DNA of 60,472 bases. It comes from Nanohaloarchaea archaeon B1-Br10_U2g21 (GTDB lineage: Archaea; Nanohalarchaeota; Nanosalinia; Nanosalinales; Nanosalinaceae). The stretch is taken from NCBI GenBank assembly GCA_001563915.1, contig LKMP01000004.1, forward strand, positions 1 through 60,472, given 5' to 3'. Below the pieces are notes generated by a model. The model saw only the letters and a list, made by a program, of their open reading frames with translations, had not been told where the DNA came from and searched no databases. Made by a program: the position numbers and the translations under genes. This document shows, piece after piece, positions 45,721 through 55,290 of this stretch (the stretch's first letter is position 1; the number at the start of each line of letters is the position of its first letter).

Positions 45721-48700
45721 GACAAACATTGATTTGGGCAGCATTAATAATTTTGACTTCCTCAGCAACAGCAGGACTCTATGGTGTTGATGAAGTTGAT
45801 TTTGAGACTGATCTACCTTCAGAATATGAAGGGGAAAATCTAGAAATTTCCGGTTTTGCGGAAGGACACAATTTGGATGAGCTTAGAATATATAGGGAAA
45901 CACAAGGTGTAGATGAAATTTTAGGAGACACACATTGCGGAGGCGCTAACAGCTGTAGTATTGAGGTAACAGAATCATTTGATGAAGGCGAAGAAACATT
46001 CTATGTTTGGTCTAGAGCCAAGAGCAGTTCAGGTTCTACTGTTACAGATAGTTCAAACCGACAAACAGTAGATTTTGCTAGAAATGAAGAAGATGAGTCA
46101 CAAATAGATAACGTCGAAATAAGTCCGGATTCAGATACTGTGGTTGATACCGGCGACTGGCAAGAAATAGAAGGTATGGCTGAAGGTAAAGGTCTAGAAA
46201 GTATAGAAATATGGAAGCGTGAGGAAGGACAAGCATGGGAGAAAGATACGGAAGAGATCTGTGATCAGGAAAAAGAGTGTTCTGTTGAGAAATCTTTCAG
46301 ATATGTTGATGAACAATCTGTTGACTTCGAGATTGTAGCAAATATTGAAGATGACTCTGAAGCTTCGGATAGAGTCACGGTCACATGGGAAGACGATATT
46401 GAGGACGAGGTAAATGATGTAAGAATTGAGCCTACATCGGATACAACTGTCAATACTGGCGATTGGCAGAGAATTCAAGGAGAAGCTACGGGCAGCAACC
46501 TAGAGCAGATTCAGATAGAGCGGAGGACTGGAGGTGGCTGGACTGTAGAAGATGAAGAATCATGCAGTGGAAATAACTGTTTGATTACTAAAGAATATAG
46601 AAGAACGTCTGAAACTTCTGAAGATTTCAGGGTTAAAGCTGAATCTGCGGGCGATGAAGGTCTTTCAGATGAAATCACGGTGACTTGGAGCGATGAAAAA
46701 ACATGTGATTTAGATGTTGGGTCGCTTGAACTTGAAGAAAACAGCATTGAAGAAGGAGACTCTACTGAGGCTTCAATAAGAGTCGATAACGATGGAGATG
46801 ATCAAGAAGTCCGTGCAAGATTTTATGTCTCTGGAGAAAGAGTTTCTTCCGAAACTTCTACTTTAGAATCTGGAGATTCTGAAGTCTTTTCTGAAGAAGT
46901 TTCGCCTAGCACAAGTTCAACAATTAGGGCTGAGATCACAGGCATCGGCGAACCCTGTGAAGAAAGAACCTATGAGAGTAGTTCATTTCTTACAGTGACA
47001 ACTAAGGATGCTGATGCAAATTTAGATGTAACTGTTAGAGATGATGATTCAGAAAGATTGAGGAGTGCAAGAGTTACTGCATTGAACCTTGAACCTTCTG
47101 ATTATGCTGTAAAATCTGTGGATGAAAATGTTTATTCAGAAAGAACTGATGCAGACAAAACAGGAGATCGAAAAATAGGTTTCAGACTGGATGGCAGAGA
47201 TCTAGAGACCTATGTTGAGTATCATTCAGGCTACAGTCAAGCTGAATGGAGTAATTTGGCGTTAGAGTCTAGTTCAAATGATGAGCTGGTATATAGATAT
47301 GAGCTTGATGCAAGCGACAGGAGACAGGATTACACTAAATACTCTGCGGAACAAGAATCAAGGATTTCATCTGGAGAAAAAGATGTGACTGTAAGATTTA
47401 TTCTCAATGGGGAAGAAATAGATTCTTTCACTGCAGAAATAGATGCTTCTGATGATCATGAGTTTGCGCAGATTCGAGAGTCTGGTAGAACTACTACAGA
47501 GGGCCGAGATACTACTATTTCGACAGCATCAGACTTGCCAACTTACACTAAATATACTGATCGGAATGGGGAAACTTCTTTTGACTTGCCTGAAGGGCGC
47601 TATAGAGTAACAGGATGGAAATCGGGATATGCTCCCGACTATGAGAATATAAATCTTGATTCAGGAGATAGTAGAACTCTAGACTTAACGCTAGAAAAAG
47701 ATGAAGAAAGAGAGTCTGAGGATAGCGATTCGGAAAGAGGAGATATAACTTTAGAACAAGTATCAATGGATTCGTCTGTGTGTAAAGGAGATAGTACTAG
47801 GGCTCATATAGAATTTAAAAATCAGGGCGATGAAGATAGAGCCTTCAGACTTTCTGCAGAAGGTTTAGGTTCGAGTTTTGACAGAGCTTATGTGGTGGAG
47901 GGGAAAGAAGCTAAAACGGTAACATATACGTTTTCAGATGTTCAAGGATCAGGTAATGAAAAAGTAAGCTTTAACACAGGTTATGATTCTGCGGAGAGGA
48001 CTGTGCAAGTTAGAGACTGTCCGGATCAGGATGGAGTGGATGATGTCAAGTTCAGGTTAAAGCCTTCGGAAGTTCGTGCGGGACAGTCAGTACAAGTATC
48101 TGGGTATGTGGATACTCAGAGGCGCCAACAAGTTGACATAAAAATAGATGGTTTGCAGAGAACGTCTACGCATACAGAGCCTGATGGATTTTTCAGAGGC
48201 AATATCAGGGCTGATACAGTGGGAGATAAAACTGTGGAGGTTAAGAGCGGTGATAAAAGTAGAACTGCTAATTTGCGAGTACTTCCAACGGTTTCGGTAA
48301 ATAGTGTTAATGCTCCTGACAGAGCTTTTGAAGGTGAAACTTTTGAGGTATGTGCAGATGTAGAGTCTCAAACCACACCGCTGGTAGTATTGAAGGAAGA
48401 TGAAGAGATAATAGAATCTAAGAATGCTCGAGGAAATGTCTGCTTTGAAAGAAGAACTTCGCCAGGCCAGTATGATTACGAAATTCAGGCATTTAATCAA
48501 GGCGCTACTGATTCAAAGCAGAGGAGAGTTCGTGTGTTTGAGAGTGATGTTGAGACAAGGAGCTTCCCTGATCAGATTACTTCTGTGCGTTCAGGGTCAG
48601 GTATGGTGAAGGTAGAGCTTTACAATACTCATGATGAGCTTAGAAGGTATGAGCTTGAATTAGAAGGTCTTCCTAGAGATTGGACTTCTCAATCAAGAAA

Positions 48701-48902
48701 AGAGGTTGTGCTTGATACTGGAGAACGGAAAACTGAATATATCTATGTTACTCCAAAGGAAGAAGGGGTTTTTGAGACTACTTTGAACGTTAGAGCTGAT
48801 GGGGATGTGATTTATACTGAGAATGTGGATGTGCGTTCGGGAGGAACATCGGAGAGAGAGTCTATATGGGTGAGGCTCAGGAGATGGTGGAGGTATAGAT
48901 AG
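45717..48902 (+). CDS. Large secreted multi-Ig/CARDB-like surface protein
   Basis: Signal peptide; three roughly 100-aa repeats with C-x4/5-C; CARDB-like VDNDGD and KNQGD motifs; TDRNG...LPEGRYRV...SGY module. Confidence 0.82.
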   Translation: MRQTLIWAALIILTSSATAGLYGVDEVDFETDLPSEYEGENLEISGFAEGHNLDELRIYRETQGVDEILGDTHCGGANSCSIEVTESFDEGEETFYVWSRAKSSSGSTVTDSSNRQTVDFARNEEDESQIDNVEISPDSDTVVDTGDWQEIEGMAEGKGLESIEIWKREEGQAWEKDTEEICDQEKECSVEKSFRYVDEQSVDFEIVANIEDDSEASDRVTVTWEDDIEDEVNDVRIEPTSDTTVNTGDWQRIQGEATGSNLEQIQIERRTGGGWTVEDEESCSGNNCLITKEYRRTSETSEDFRVKAESAGDEGLSDEITVTWSDEKTCDLDVGSLELEENSIEEGDSTEASIRVDNDGDDQEVRARFYVSGERVSSETSTLESGDSEVFSEEVSPSTSSTIRAEITGIGEPCEERTYESSSFLTVTTKDADANLDVTVRDDDSERLRSARVTALNLEPSDYAVKSVDENVYSERTDADKTGDRKIGFRLDGRDLETYVEYHSGYSQAEWSNLALESSSNDELVYRYELDASDRRQDYTKYSAEQESRISSGEKDVTVRFILNGEEIDSFTAEIDASDDHEFAQIRESGRTTTEGRDTTISTASDLPTYTKYTDRNGETSFDLPEGRYRVTGWKSGYAPDYENINLDSGDSRTLDLTLEKDEERESEDSDSERGDITLEQVSMDSSVCKGDSTRAHIEFKNQGDEDRAFRLSAEGLGSSFDRAYVVEGKEAKTVTYTFSDVQGSGNEKVSFNTGYDSAERTVQVRDCPDQDGVDDVKFRLKPSEVRAGQSVQVSGYVDTQRRQQVDIKIDGLQRTSTHTEPDGFFRGNIRADTVGDKTVEVKSGDKSRTANLRVLPTVSVNSVNAPDRAFEGETFEVCADVESQTTPLVVLKEDEEIIESKNARGNVCFERRTSPGQYDYEIQAFNQGATDSKQRRVRVFESDVETRSFPDQITSVRSGSGMVKVELYNTHDELRRYELELEGLPRDWTSQSRKEVVLDTGERKTEYIYVTPKEEGVFETTLNVRADGDVIYTENVDVRSGGTSERESIWVRLRRWWRYR

Positions 48903-49000
48903 GATGATTTCTGTTTTTTACTTACATGCAGTAGCTAAAAACACCCAGTCTGTATTTAAAACTTAAGATATGTGGTTATTGATAGGTGACAATTCACTAA

Positions 49001-50728
49001 ATGAGATTTGTTAAGACTGGCGTCATTACTCTTACAATACTATTATTTGTTGGTTTGGCCGCAGCAAGCCAAGCTGAACTAACTATTTTTCCGGAGGAGT
49101 CGAGTACTGAAGTAAACTCCTTCACGTCCTATGAAGTAGAAGTTGAAAATGTAGGTCCTGTAGATGACGTATATACATTGACGCACTCTCACCCTGGTGA
49201 AATATCAATTGCACCTACAAGAGTAGAGGTCCCTGCAGGCCAGTCGAAAACAGTAAATGTATGGTTCAATCCTAGAACTGATAGAGACGCCGGAACTTAC
49301 AGTTTTAATATAAATGCTCGTTCTAGAGCTGATGGTCAAGAATATTCTACTTCGGCTGACGTTAACGTAATTACTGATCATGATGTTTCAATTGAAACAC
49401 TAGATTCTCAGTCTGTATGTCGAGGAGAAGAAGCAAGATATGACGTAGAAGTCACAAATGATGGCCTCCAGAGCGAAGAATTTGCACTTGAAGCCGAATT
49501 TGGAGAACTCGCAACAGATAGAGTATCTTTAGAACCAGGAGAAACAACAACAGTTACATTAACTGCGTCTTCTGAAGATGAACAAACTGAAACATTCAAT
49601 GTAAAGGCTTCGTCTACAACAAGTTATGCACAAGACGTGCAAACTGTAGAATTTACAGCAGAAACATGTTATCAGTCAGAAGTATCCATAACTCCTGAGT
49701 CACAGGACGTAATGGCATTTAATCCTGCATTATTCGAAGTAACTGTAGACAACCAGGGAACTAGAACGGATCAATTCACAATTTCAACGTCTCAAGGACA
49801 AATCCAAGATACATCCCTAGAAATAGAGCCTGGAGCAACAGAATCTACAGCACTACAAGTTATACCTTCTGAACTAGGCACCAAACAGATAGAGGTGGGG
49901 GCCGAAGGTCTTTCAACAGCATCTGACACAGCACAGTTACAAGTAGATAATCCTATGGACTCGCAAATAGAGCTGACAGGCCCACAATCAGTATGTGAAG
50001 AAGGAGAAGAAGAGTTTGAAGTACTAGTAGAGAATACTGGAGAGGCAGATGAAGTATTTGAATTAGAGACAAAAGAAGGAGAGTTTGAAGATTCAGAATT
50101 AGAAATTGGAGAAGGAAGCTCAGAAACTACAGTAATGATGATTGATGGGACCCAGATGGATAGAGGAGAACACCAGATAGATGTTACTGCAACAGCTTCA
50201 ACATTTGGAGAACCTCAGACAAGCGACAGTATTGAAGTAAATGTAGAAAATTGTTGGAATCTTGAAATGAACGTAGTACCTGAAATAGCCTCAGCAGGAG
50301 AAAATAGATCTACTATTTACGAAATTAAGCTTGAAAATACGGGTACAAGAGAAAACACATATGATTTAGACTATGAAGGCCCAGAATGGATAGAAATAGG
50401 TCCAAGCTCAGTAACAGTAGCTCCAGGAGAAACAGGAAGAAGCTACATGTATGCGGGAGTACCTTTCCAGAAAAGAGGCGAAGTAAAAATCACTGCAGAG
50501 GCGGAAGGAACGGGAGTAACTAAGTCAGAAACAGTAACGCTAGTAATAGACAGAGACATTGAAGAGGCAATACTAAGTCGAGAAGGAGAAGGTATAACAG
50601 CAAGATTTTCAGACTCGGCTTCAAGAATTCATGCTAGTGTGCTGGAATCCACTAACTTCCAGAGAGGAATCGCAGCAATAATCGCAGGGATGTTACTTAC
50701 CCTGCTTATTCTCTATCGTGAGTGGTAA
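49001..50728 (+). CDS. COG1470-like repeated Ig/NEW3-type surface protein with C-terminal TM anchor
   Basis: Five repeats of V-x-N-x-G...(D/E/N)-x-(Y/F); signal peptide; C-terminal TM. Confidence 0.82.
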   Translation: MRFVKTGVITLTILLFVGLAAASQAELTIFPEESSTEVNSFTSYEVEVENVGPVDDVYTLTHSHPGEISIAPTRVEVPAGQSKTVNVWFNPRTDRDAGTYSFNINARSRADGQEYSTSADVNVITDHDVSIETLDSQSVCRGEEARYDVEVTNDGLQSEEFALEAEFGELATDRVSLEPGETTTVTLTASSEDEQTETFNVKASSTTSYAQDVQTVEFTAETCYQSEVSITPESQDVMAFNPALFEVTVDNQGTRTDQFTISTSQGQIQDTSLEIEPGATESTALQVIPSELGTKQIEVGAEGLSTASDTAQLQVDNPMDSQIELTGPQSVCEEGEEEFEVLVENTGEADEVFELETKEGEFEDSELEIGEGSSETTVMMIDGTQMDRGEHQIDVTATASTFGEPQTSDSIEVNVENCWNLEMNVVPEIASAGENRSTIYEIKLENTGTRENTYDLDYEGPEWIEIGPSSVTVAPGETGRSYMYAGVPFQKRGEVKITAEAEGTGVTKSETVTLVIDRDIEEAILSREGEGITARFSDSASRIHASVLESTNFQRGIAAIIAGMLLTLLILYREW

Positions 50729-50782
50729 AGAGCTCTTATCTTTTAATCTTTCTTTTTAACATTTCAGACTCTCAAACCTAAT

Positions 50783-51916
50783 GTGGAAGTCAACACAGAT
50801 CTACATGTTCACAGCAAGTATTCTCAAGGAGTTTCCAATAAAATGGAGATTCCGGTAATCGCGTCAGAGTCTGAAAAGAAAGGTATAGACATAGTAGGCA
50901 CTGGCGACATCCTTCATCCTCAATGGATGAGGCACGTAGAAGAAACTACAACTGGTAAGGGACTGAGAAAGTACGAAAACACTTATTTTGCATTAACTAC
51001 AGAAGTAGAAGATAAGAATAGAGTACACCATGTTCTGATTTTTCCTTCAATGCAGGCTGTCGAAGCAGCATATCATGATTTCAAACAAATAAGCAAGGAT
51101 ATAAGGAGAGAAGGAAGACCTAGAATTAACGCTTCTGGAGCAAAAATAGCGGAAATAGCGGAAAAACATGGTATACTCATCGGTCCTGCCCACATGTTTA
51201 CGCCATATACAGGACTTTATGGGAATCATAAATCCTTACAGGAATGCTATACCAACTGCACAGATGTAGTAAGTTTTGCAGAGTTAGGTCTCTCAGCCGA
51301 TTCACGCATGGCTTCACAGATTTCCGATCACGACAAACTCTCTCTGCTATCAAACAGTGACGCGCATTCGCCTTGGCCTTACCGCCTTGGAAGAGAGTTC
51401 AACAAATTCCAAGTAAAAAACTGGAGTTTCAAACATTTATCAAAAGCAATAAGAAAAGGACCTGAACTGAACCTAGGCCTAGATCCTAGAGAAGGAAAGT
51501 ACTACAGAACAGCATGTAACAAGTGCCACAACATATACACCTTAAAAAAGGCCGAAAAACTTTCTTGGAGATGCAATAACTGCACAGGCCTGATAAAAAA
51601 GGGAGTAAAAGAGAGAGTAAAAGAACTATCTGATCAAGAACCAGACAATCACCTAGAATATCTTTACCTCCCTCCATTGTCAAATATTATCCAAATACTC
51701 GAAGGTCATTCATCTCCTAACACTAAAACAGTACAAAAACGTTGGAATAAACTTCATCGAAAATTAGGTTCAGAAGCCTATATAATTGTAGAAGCAAAAA
51801 TTGGGGAAATAAAAAAAGTGGACGATGAAGTAGCAGAAGCTATAAGAAAGTTTAGAATGCAAGATTACGACTTTAAAGAAGGAGGCGGCGGAAAATATGG
51901 CCAAATAATTCTTTAA
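50783..51916 (+). CDS. PHP-family protein, endonuclease Q / TIGR00375 type
   Basis: DLHVHSKYS, GTGD, PAHMFTP, ELGLSAD, SNSDAHS, GKY...CxxC...CxxC and GGGGKYG. Confidence 0.9.
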   Translation: MEVNTDLHVHSKYSQGVSNKMEIPVIASESEKKGIDIVGTGDILHPQWMRHVEETTTGKGLRKYENTYFALTTEVEDKNRVHHVLIFPSMQAVEAAYHDFKQISKDIRREGRPRINASGAKIAEIAEKHGILIGPAHMFTPYTGLYGNHKSLQECYTNCTDVVSFAELGLSADSRMASQISDHDKLSLLSNSDAHSPWPYRLGREFNKFQVKNWSFKHLSKAIRKGPELNLGLDPREGKYYRTACNKCHNIYTLKKAEKLSWRCNNCTGLIKKGVKERVKELSDQEPDNHLEYLYLPPLSNIIQILEGHSSPNTKTVQKRWNKLHRKLGSEAYIIVEAKIGEIKKVDDEVAEAIRKFRMQDYDFKEGGGGKYGQIIL

Positions 51917-52866
51917 TTAGCTCTTGCTTCCACCATCACGTTTGAAGAAGATTCTTCCATGTAACCATAGCTAGCCTCTACTTGGTAGCTATCAGTCTGC
52001 TCTAAATCAGTTACATCTCCAAGGCCTTCAAGTATCATGTCATAGCAGTGGTGTCCCTCTGAACCTCCTATAATATCAACTTCTACAGTGTTATCTCCAG
52101 TCTCTTGTGACTCAAAGTTAACATTACCAACGTCTTCTATAGTAATCTCAATTTTATCTTCATGTTCACTTTCCACGTCATAACCAATATCTCCGCCTTC
52201 ATATGCATCTTCTAAGAATACGTCTCCACCACCTTCATTAGTTATTGTTAAGCAGAGCTCGTCATCAGCTTCACCTTCATCATAAAATACGTGAGGTGTA
52301 GTTCCCTGTACTTCTATTTGAATAGGAGCAGGAGAATTATCTGCTGTAGGCTGTGTTCTAGCTGCACCTACATCTTGATATCGTTCACCGCTCATAATCT
52401 GGAGATCAAACGTTGCTTCTGTACTGTATTTGTAATAAATTTGAGATCTGAATGTTGTATCTACATCTCGTTCCATCGACGGAGAAGTAAACGTTATACT
52501 ATCTTGTGAAGGTACGGCAGGAGAATTATCTGTTCCTGCTCTTAAAGTCCCTATATCCATTGTCCTGTACTCTCTCGATACAGCATCTCTATCACTTGTT
52601 CTCCAAGTCCTATCGTCTGCTTCAGAACTTGCAAAACTAGGTCCAAAAAGTCTTGCATACGCATCTTCAGCATCTACATTCCCATCGTTAACTAACTGTA
52701 TTTGAGCATTTAGCTGCTGGTCAGCAGGAACTGGATTGGGATCCATTGAGAAAGATTCAACTTGAACGGGGTTTGTATCTACGTCGGAATCCTCTCCTTC
52801 AACACATCCTGAGGTTATAAGTATTAGACCCATAAAAACAGTGAAAAATATTGTTTTCTTTTCCAT
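51913..52866 (-). CDS. Lipoprotein, paralog family B
   Basis: Lipobox ITSG-C; two beta domains; YKYSTEA...SPAPIQI. Confidence 0.8.
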   Translation of the reverse strand: MEKKTIFFTVFMGLILITSGCVEGEDSDVDTNPVQVESFSMDPNPVPADQQLNAQIQLVNDGNVDAEDAYARLFGPSFASSEADDRTWRTSDRDAVSREYRTMDIGTLRAGTDNSPAVPSQDSITFTSPSMERDVDTTFRSQIYYKYSTEATFDLQIMSGERYQDVGAARTQPTADNSPAPIQIEVQGTTPHVFYDEGEADDELCLTITNEGGGDVFLEDAYEGGDIGYDVESEHEDKIEITIEDVGNVNFESQETGDNTVEVDIIGGSEGHHCYDMILEGLGDVTDLEQTDSYQVEASYGYMEESSSNVMVEARAN

Positions 52867-53663
52867 TATCGTCTCACAACTGTGATATCTAAATTTGGCT
52901 CTTTGACGTATTTATAATATATGGTGGGGAACACGTTTTCGACCCCTGTTGTATCAGACTGGATAGTGCAGACAAATCGTGCCTCTGAACCGCTTATAGG
53001 TTCTCGTTCAGTATCACAGTCTTCGAAAAGTTCTGGAGGTTCGTATTCTAGCCAATAACCTTCACTTATTCTACCAGGACCTTCTCCCATTATCTCAAAT
53101 TCCATTGAACTTCCTGACTCAGAAGCTACAGGACTATCAGTAGTCATATGTACTGAAATTTCGTTATTAGAGAATGATTTACTAATAGTCTCAGTATAGT
53201 CTATATCTGCGTTATCCTGGAAATCTATCTGCATAGCATCCATATTAGTTATAGAGGCGTTGTAAGCTAGTCTTAACTGGACAGGCTCAGATCTGCTCTC
53301 AAAACCGCTGGTCATATCTTCTTCGCTTGGAGCTTCTACAGTCCAAGTACACTGCATTGTTGGCACCGAACCATGTTGGGCTCCGTCAAGGTCTTCAGGA
53401 TCAGGAGTACAGCCCTGTTTATCCACATTTAAGTTATCTCCTTCATTAACAATATCTGCGGTCTGTATATCTATCCACTCGTGATAATTTCTAAGAGTAG
53501 CACGAATCACAGCATTCTGATTAGGCCTTAATTCGGAATCAGTTATAGTAAATTCCTCTATTTCTAATCCTCTATTAGGTAGTTCCTCATCGCTGCCGTT
53601 TTCTATACAACCTGATGAGATCACTATTGCCAAAATAATGATAATGAGTATTTTATCTCCCAC
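52866..53663 (-). CDS. Lipoprotein, paralog family B
   Basis: Lipobox ISSG-C; C-terminal YYKY. Confidence 0.8.
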   Translation of the reverse strand: MGDKILIIIILAIVISSGCIENGSDEELPNRGLEIEEFTITDSELRPNQNAVIRATLRNYHEWIDIQTADIVNEGDNLNVDKQGCTPDPEDLDGAQHGSVPTMQCTWTVEAPSEEDMTSGFESRSEPVQLRLAYNASITNMDAMQIDFQDNADIDYTETISKSFSNNEISVHMTTDSPVASESGSSMEFEIMGEGPGRISEGYWLEYEPPELFEDCDTEREPISGSEARFVCTIQSDTTGVENVFPTIYYKYVKEPNLDITVVRR

Positions 53664-54672
53664 GATGTTCTACCTCTATATTATGTGTTCCTAAGCTCTT
53701 CACGTAGTTGTAGTCAGTCTCAGCGTTTATATCTGCTCTGAATGAACCATCTACGTCTTCCCACTCCAGATCACATCTTATTGTTTGTGATTCGCCTTCA
53801 TGCAAAGTCATGTCGTCATCTAATTCCTCAGGACAGTTGTGATCAATACTGCTTGAAGAAGTTATATTAGGAGCATCTACCTCTATAAGACCTGTATACT
53901 GTGTTCCTTCTTGGCCTTGATTACGTATTGTAATACCTATTTCGGCGTTATCGCCGTCAATAAAAGTTGAAGATCCTTGATCTGAAGTTGATCCAATAGT
54001 ATCTATGTCAATCATTAAGGGTCCTTGAGATGATCGGGATTCTAAGTTAGCTATTCCATCTATCTCTCGAGATTCTTTAACTTGTACTTGACGATAAGCA
54101 TTCACAGAATACTCAAAAGGAACTTCGAAACGCAGAGGACACTCATAACCATGTAACGGTATAGTATCATCTGAAGTGCTTAAAGACCAGCTAAACCGTA
54201 CTTCTTCGCCATCATCTAACACATATTTTTCGGAACTGACATCGTTAGGCCCCGTCACATCGAACTGCTCTACATCAAATATGTCTCTGCACCGGTCTGT
54301 TAATATTCGATCTGCATCGTTTTTTAGAGGGCCCTCGTCTTCATCTGCTGCATCATCTATACAGCCGTAATACTCATCTAATTGTGTCGGCGAAGGATGA
54401 TCATAAGGATCGTCAGGGAGTAGATCAGAACAATCTGCGCTCCCATCATATCCGGAATCAAGAGTTAGTTCTGCAGGTATCTCGCCCACATTCTGGATGT
54501 GAAGAATTACTGTAGAACTAGATCCGGCATAAATACTCTGAGGCTGAATACTTAATTCTTGTATCTCTATTGCCTCAGCGCCATCAGAGTCGGTACTTTC
54601 GCCGCCATTTAAACATCCGGAAGTAGCTAATATGAGAGTCAAAAGGATTAATACAGCACGGTGCCTCATCAT
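53653..54672 (-). CDS. Lipoprotein, paralog family B
   Basis: Lipobox ATSG-C; FEYSVNA...SQGPLMI; C-terminal DYNY. Confidence 0.8.
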   Translation of the reverse strand: MMRHRAVLILLTLILATSGCLNGGESTDSDGAEAIEIQELSIQPQSIYAGSSSTVILHIQNVGEIPAELTLDSGYDGSADCSDLLPDDPYDHPSPTQLDEYYGCIDDAADEDEGPLKNDADRILTDRCRDIFDVEQFDVTGPNDVSSEKYVLDDGEEVRFSWSLSTSDDTIPLHGYECPLRFEVPFEYSVNAYRQVQVKESREIDGIANLESRSSQGPLMIDIDTIGSTSDQGSSTFIDGDNAEIGITIRNQGQEGTQYTGLIEVDAPNITSSSSIDHNCPEELDDDMTLHEGESQTIRCDLEWEDVDGSFRADINAETDYNYVKSLGTHNIEVEHRGR

Positions 54673-54683
54673 TGATAGAGATT

Positions 54684-55286
54684 ATGCAGTCCTTGAATAA
54701 AAAACTGTCAGTTGATTATGAGAATTTAATAGAAACGTATGCACTAAGTGTGACAGTATTAACTTTTTCAACCCTTGTAGCTGCTGCAGCAAATATTTAC
54801 GGAGGTCTAAATGAGTTTTACGCTGTGTTAATAACGTTATCTGTATTTATCGCGTCTTTATTCGCTTTTAAAATTTTTAATCGATTACCGGCTGTAATAA
54901 TAGTTTTTTCAGTCGTGATGGCTTATGGAATTACAGGTTTTTACGCTAGTCTGGTGGCGGTACTGTTTATCATAGTATTTAATGCTGGAAAAAGTTATCT
55001 CAATCAAAATGAGGTCTTGTTTGCTCTAGCAATTACTTCGCATATGGGTGATGCTATAACATCTTACATTGGTTTTTTGAGAGGTTTTGATGAAGCAAAT
55101 CCTTTTGCAGATTTTTTTGTTCAGGAAATAGGGTATTATGCTATTTTTGGGGTTAAATTAGCTGTAGTACCATTAACACTTTACATATATCTAAACACGA
55201 AATCAATCCAGAGAAGATTATATTTGAAAATAATATGCTGTATAGGTCTCTATTTGACTCTCCGGAATATTCTTATCGTATTTTAA
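54684..55286 (+). CDS. Polytopic membrane protein with DUF5658-like C-terminal domain
   Basis: GDAITSYIG..RGFDEANP motif; about 7 TMs; start uncertain. Confidence 0.65.
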   Translation: MQSLNKKLSVDYENLIETYALSVTVLTFSTLVAAAANIYGGLNEFYAVLITLSVFIASLFAFKIFNRLPAVIIVFSVVMAYGITGFYASLVAVLFIIVFNAGKSYLNQNEVLFALAITSHMGDAITSYIGFLRGFDEANPFADFFVQEIGYYAIFGVKLAVVPLTLYIYLNTKSIQRRLYLKIICCIGLYLTLRNILIVF

Positions 55287-55290
55287 TCAT

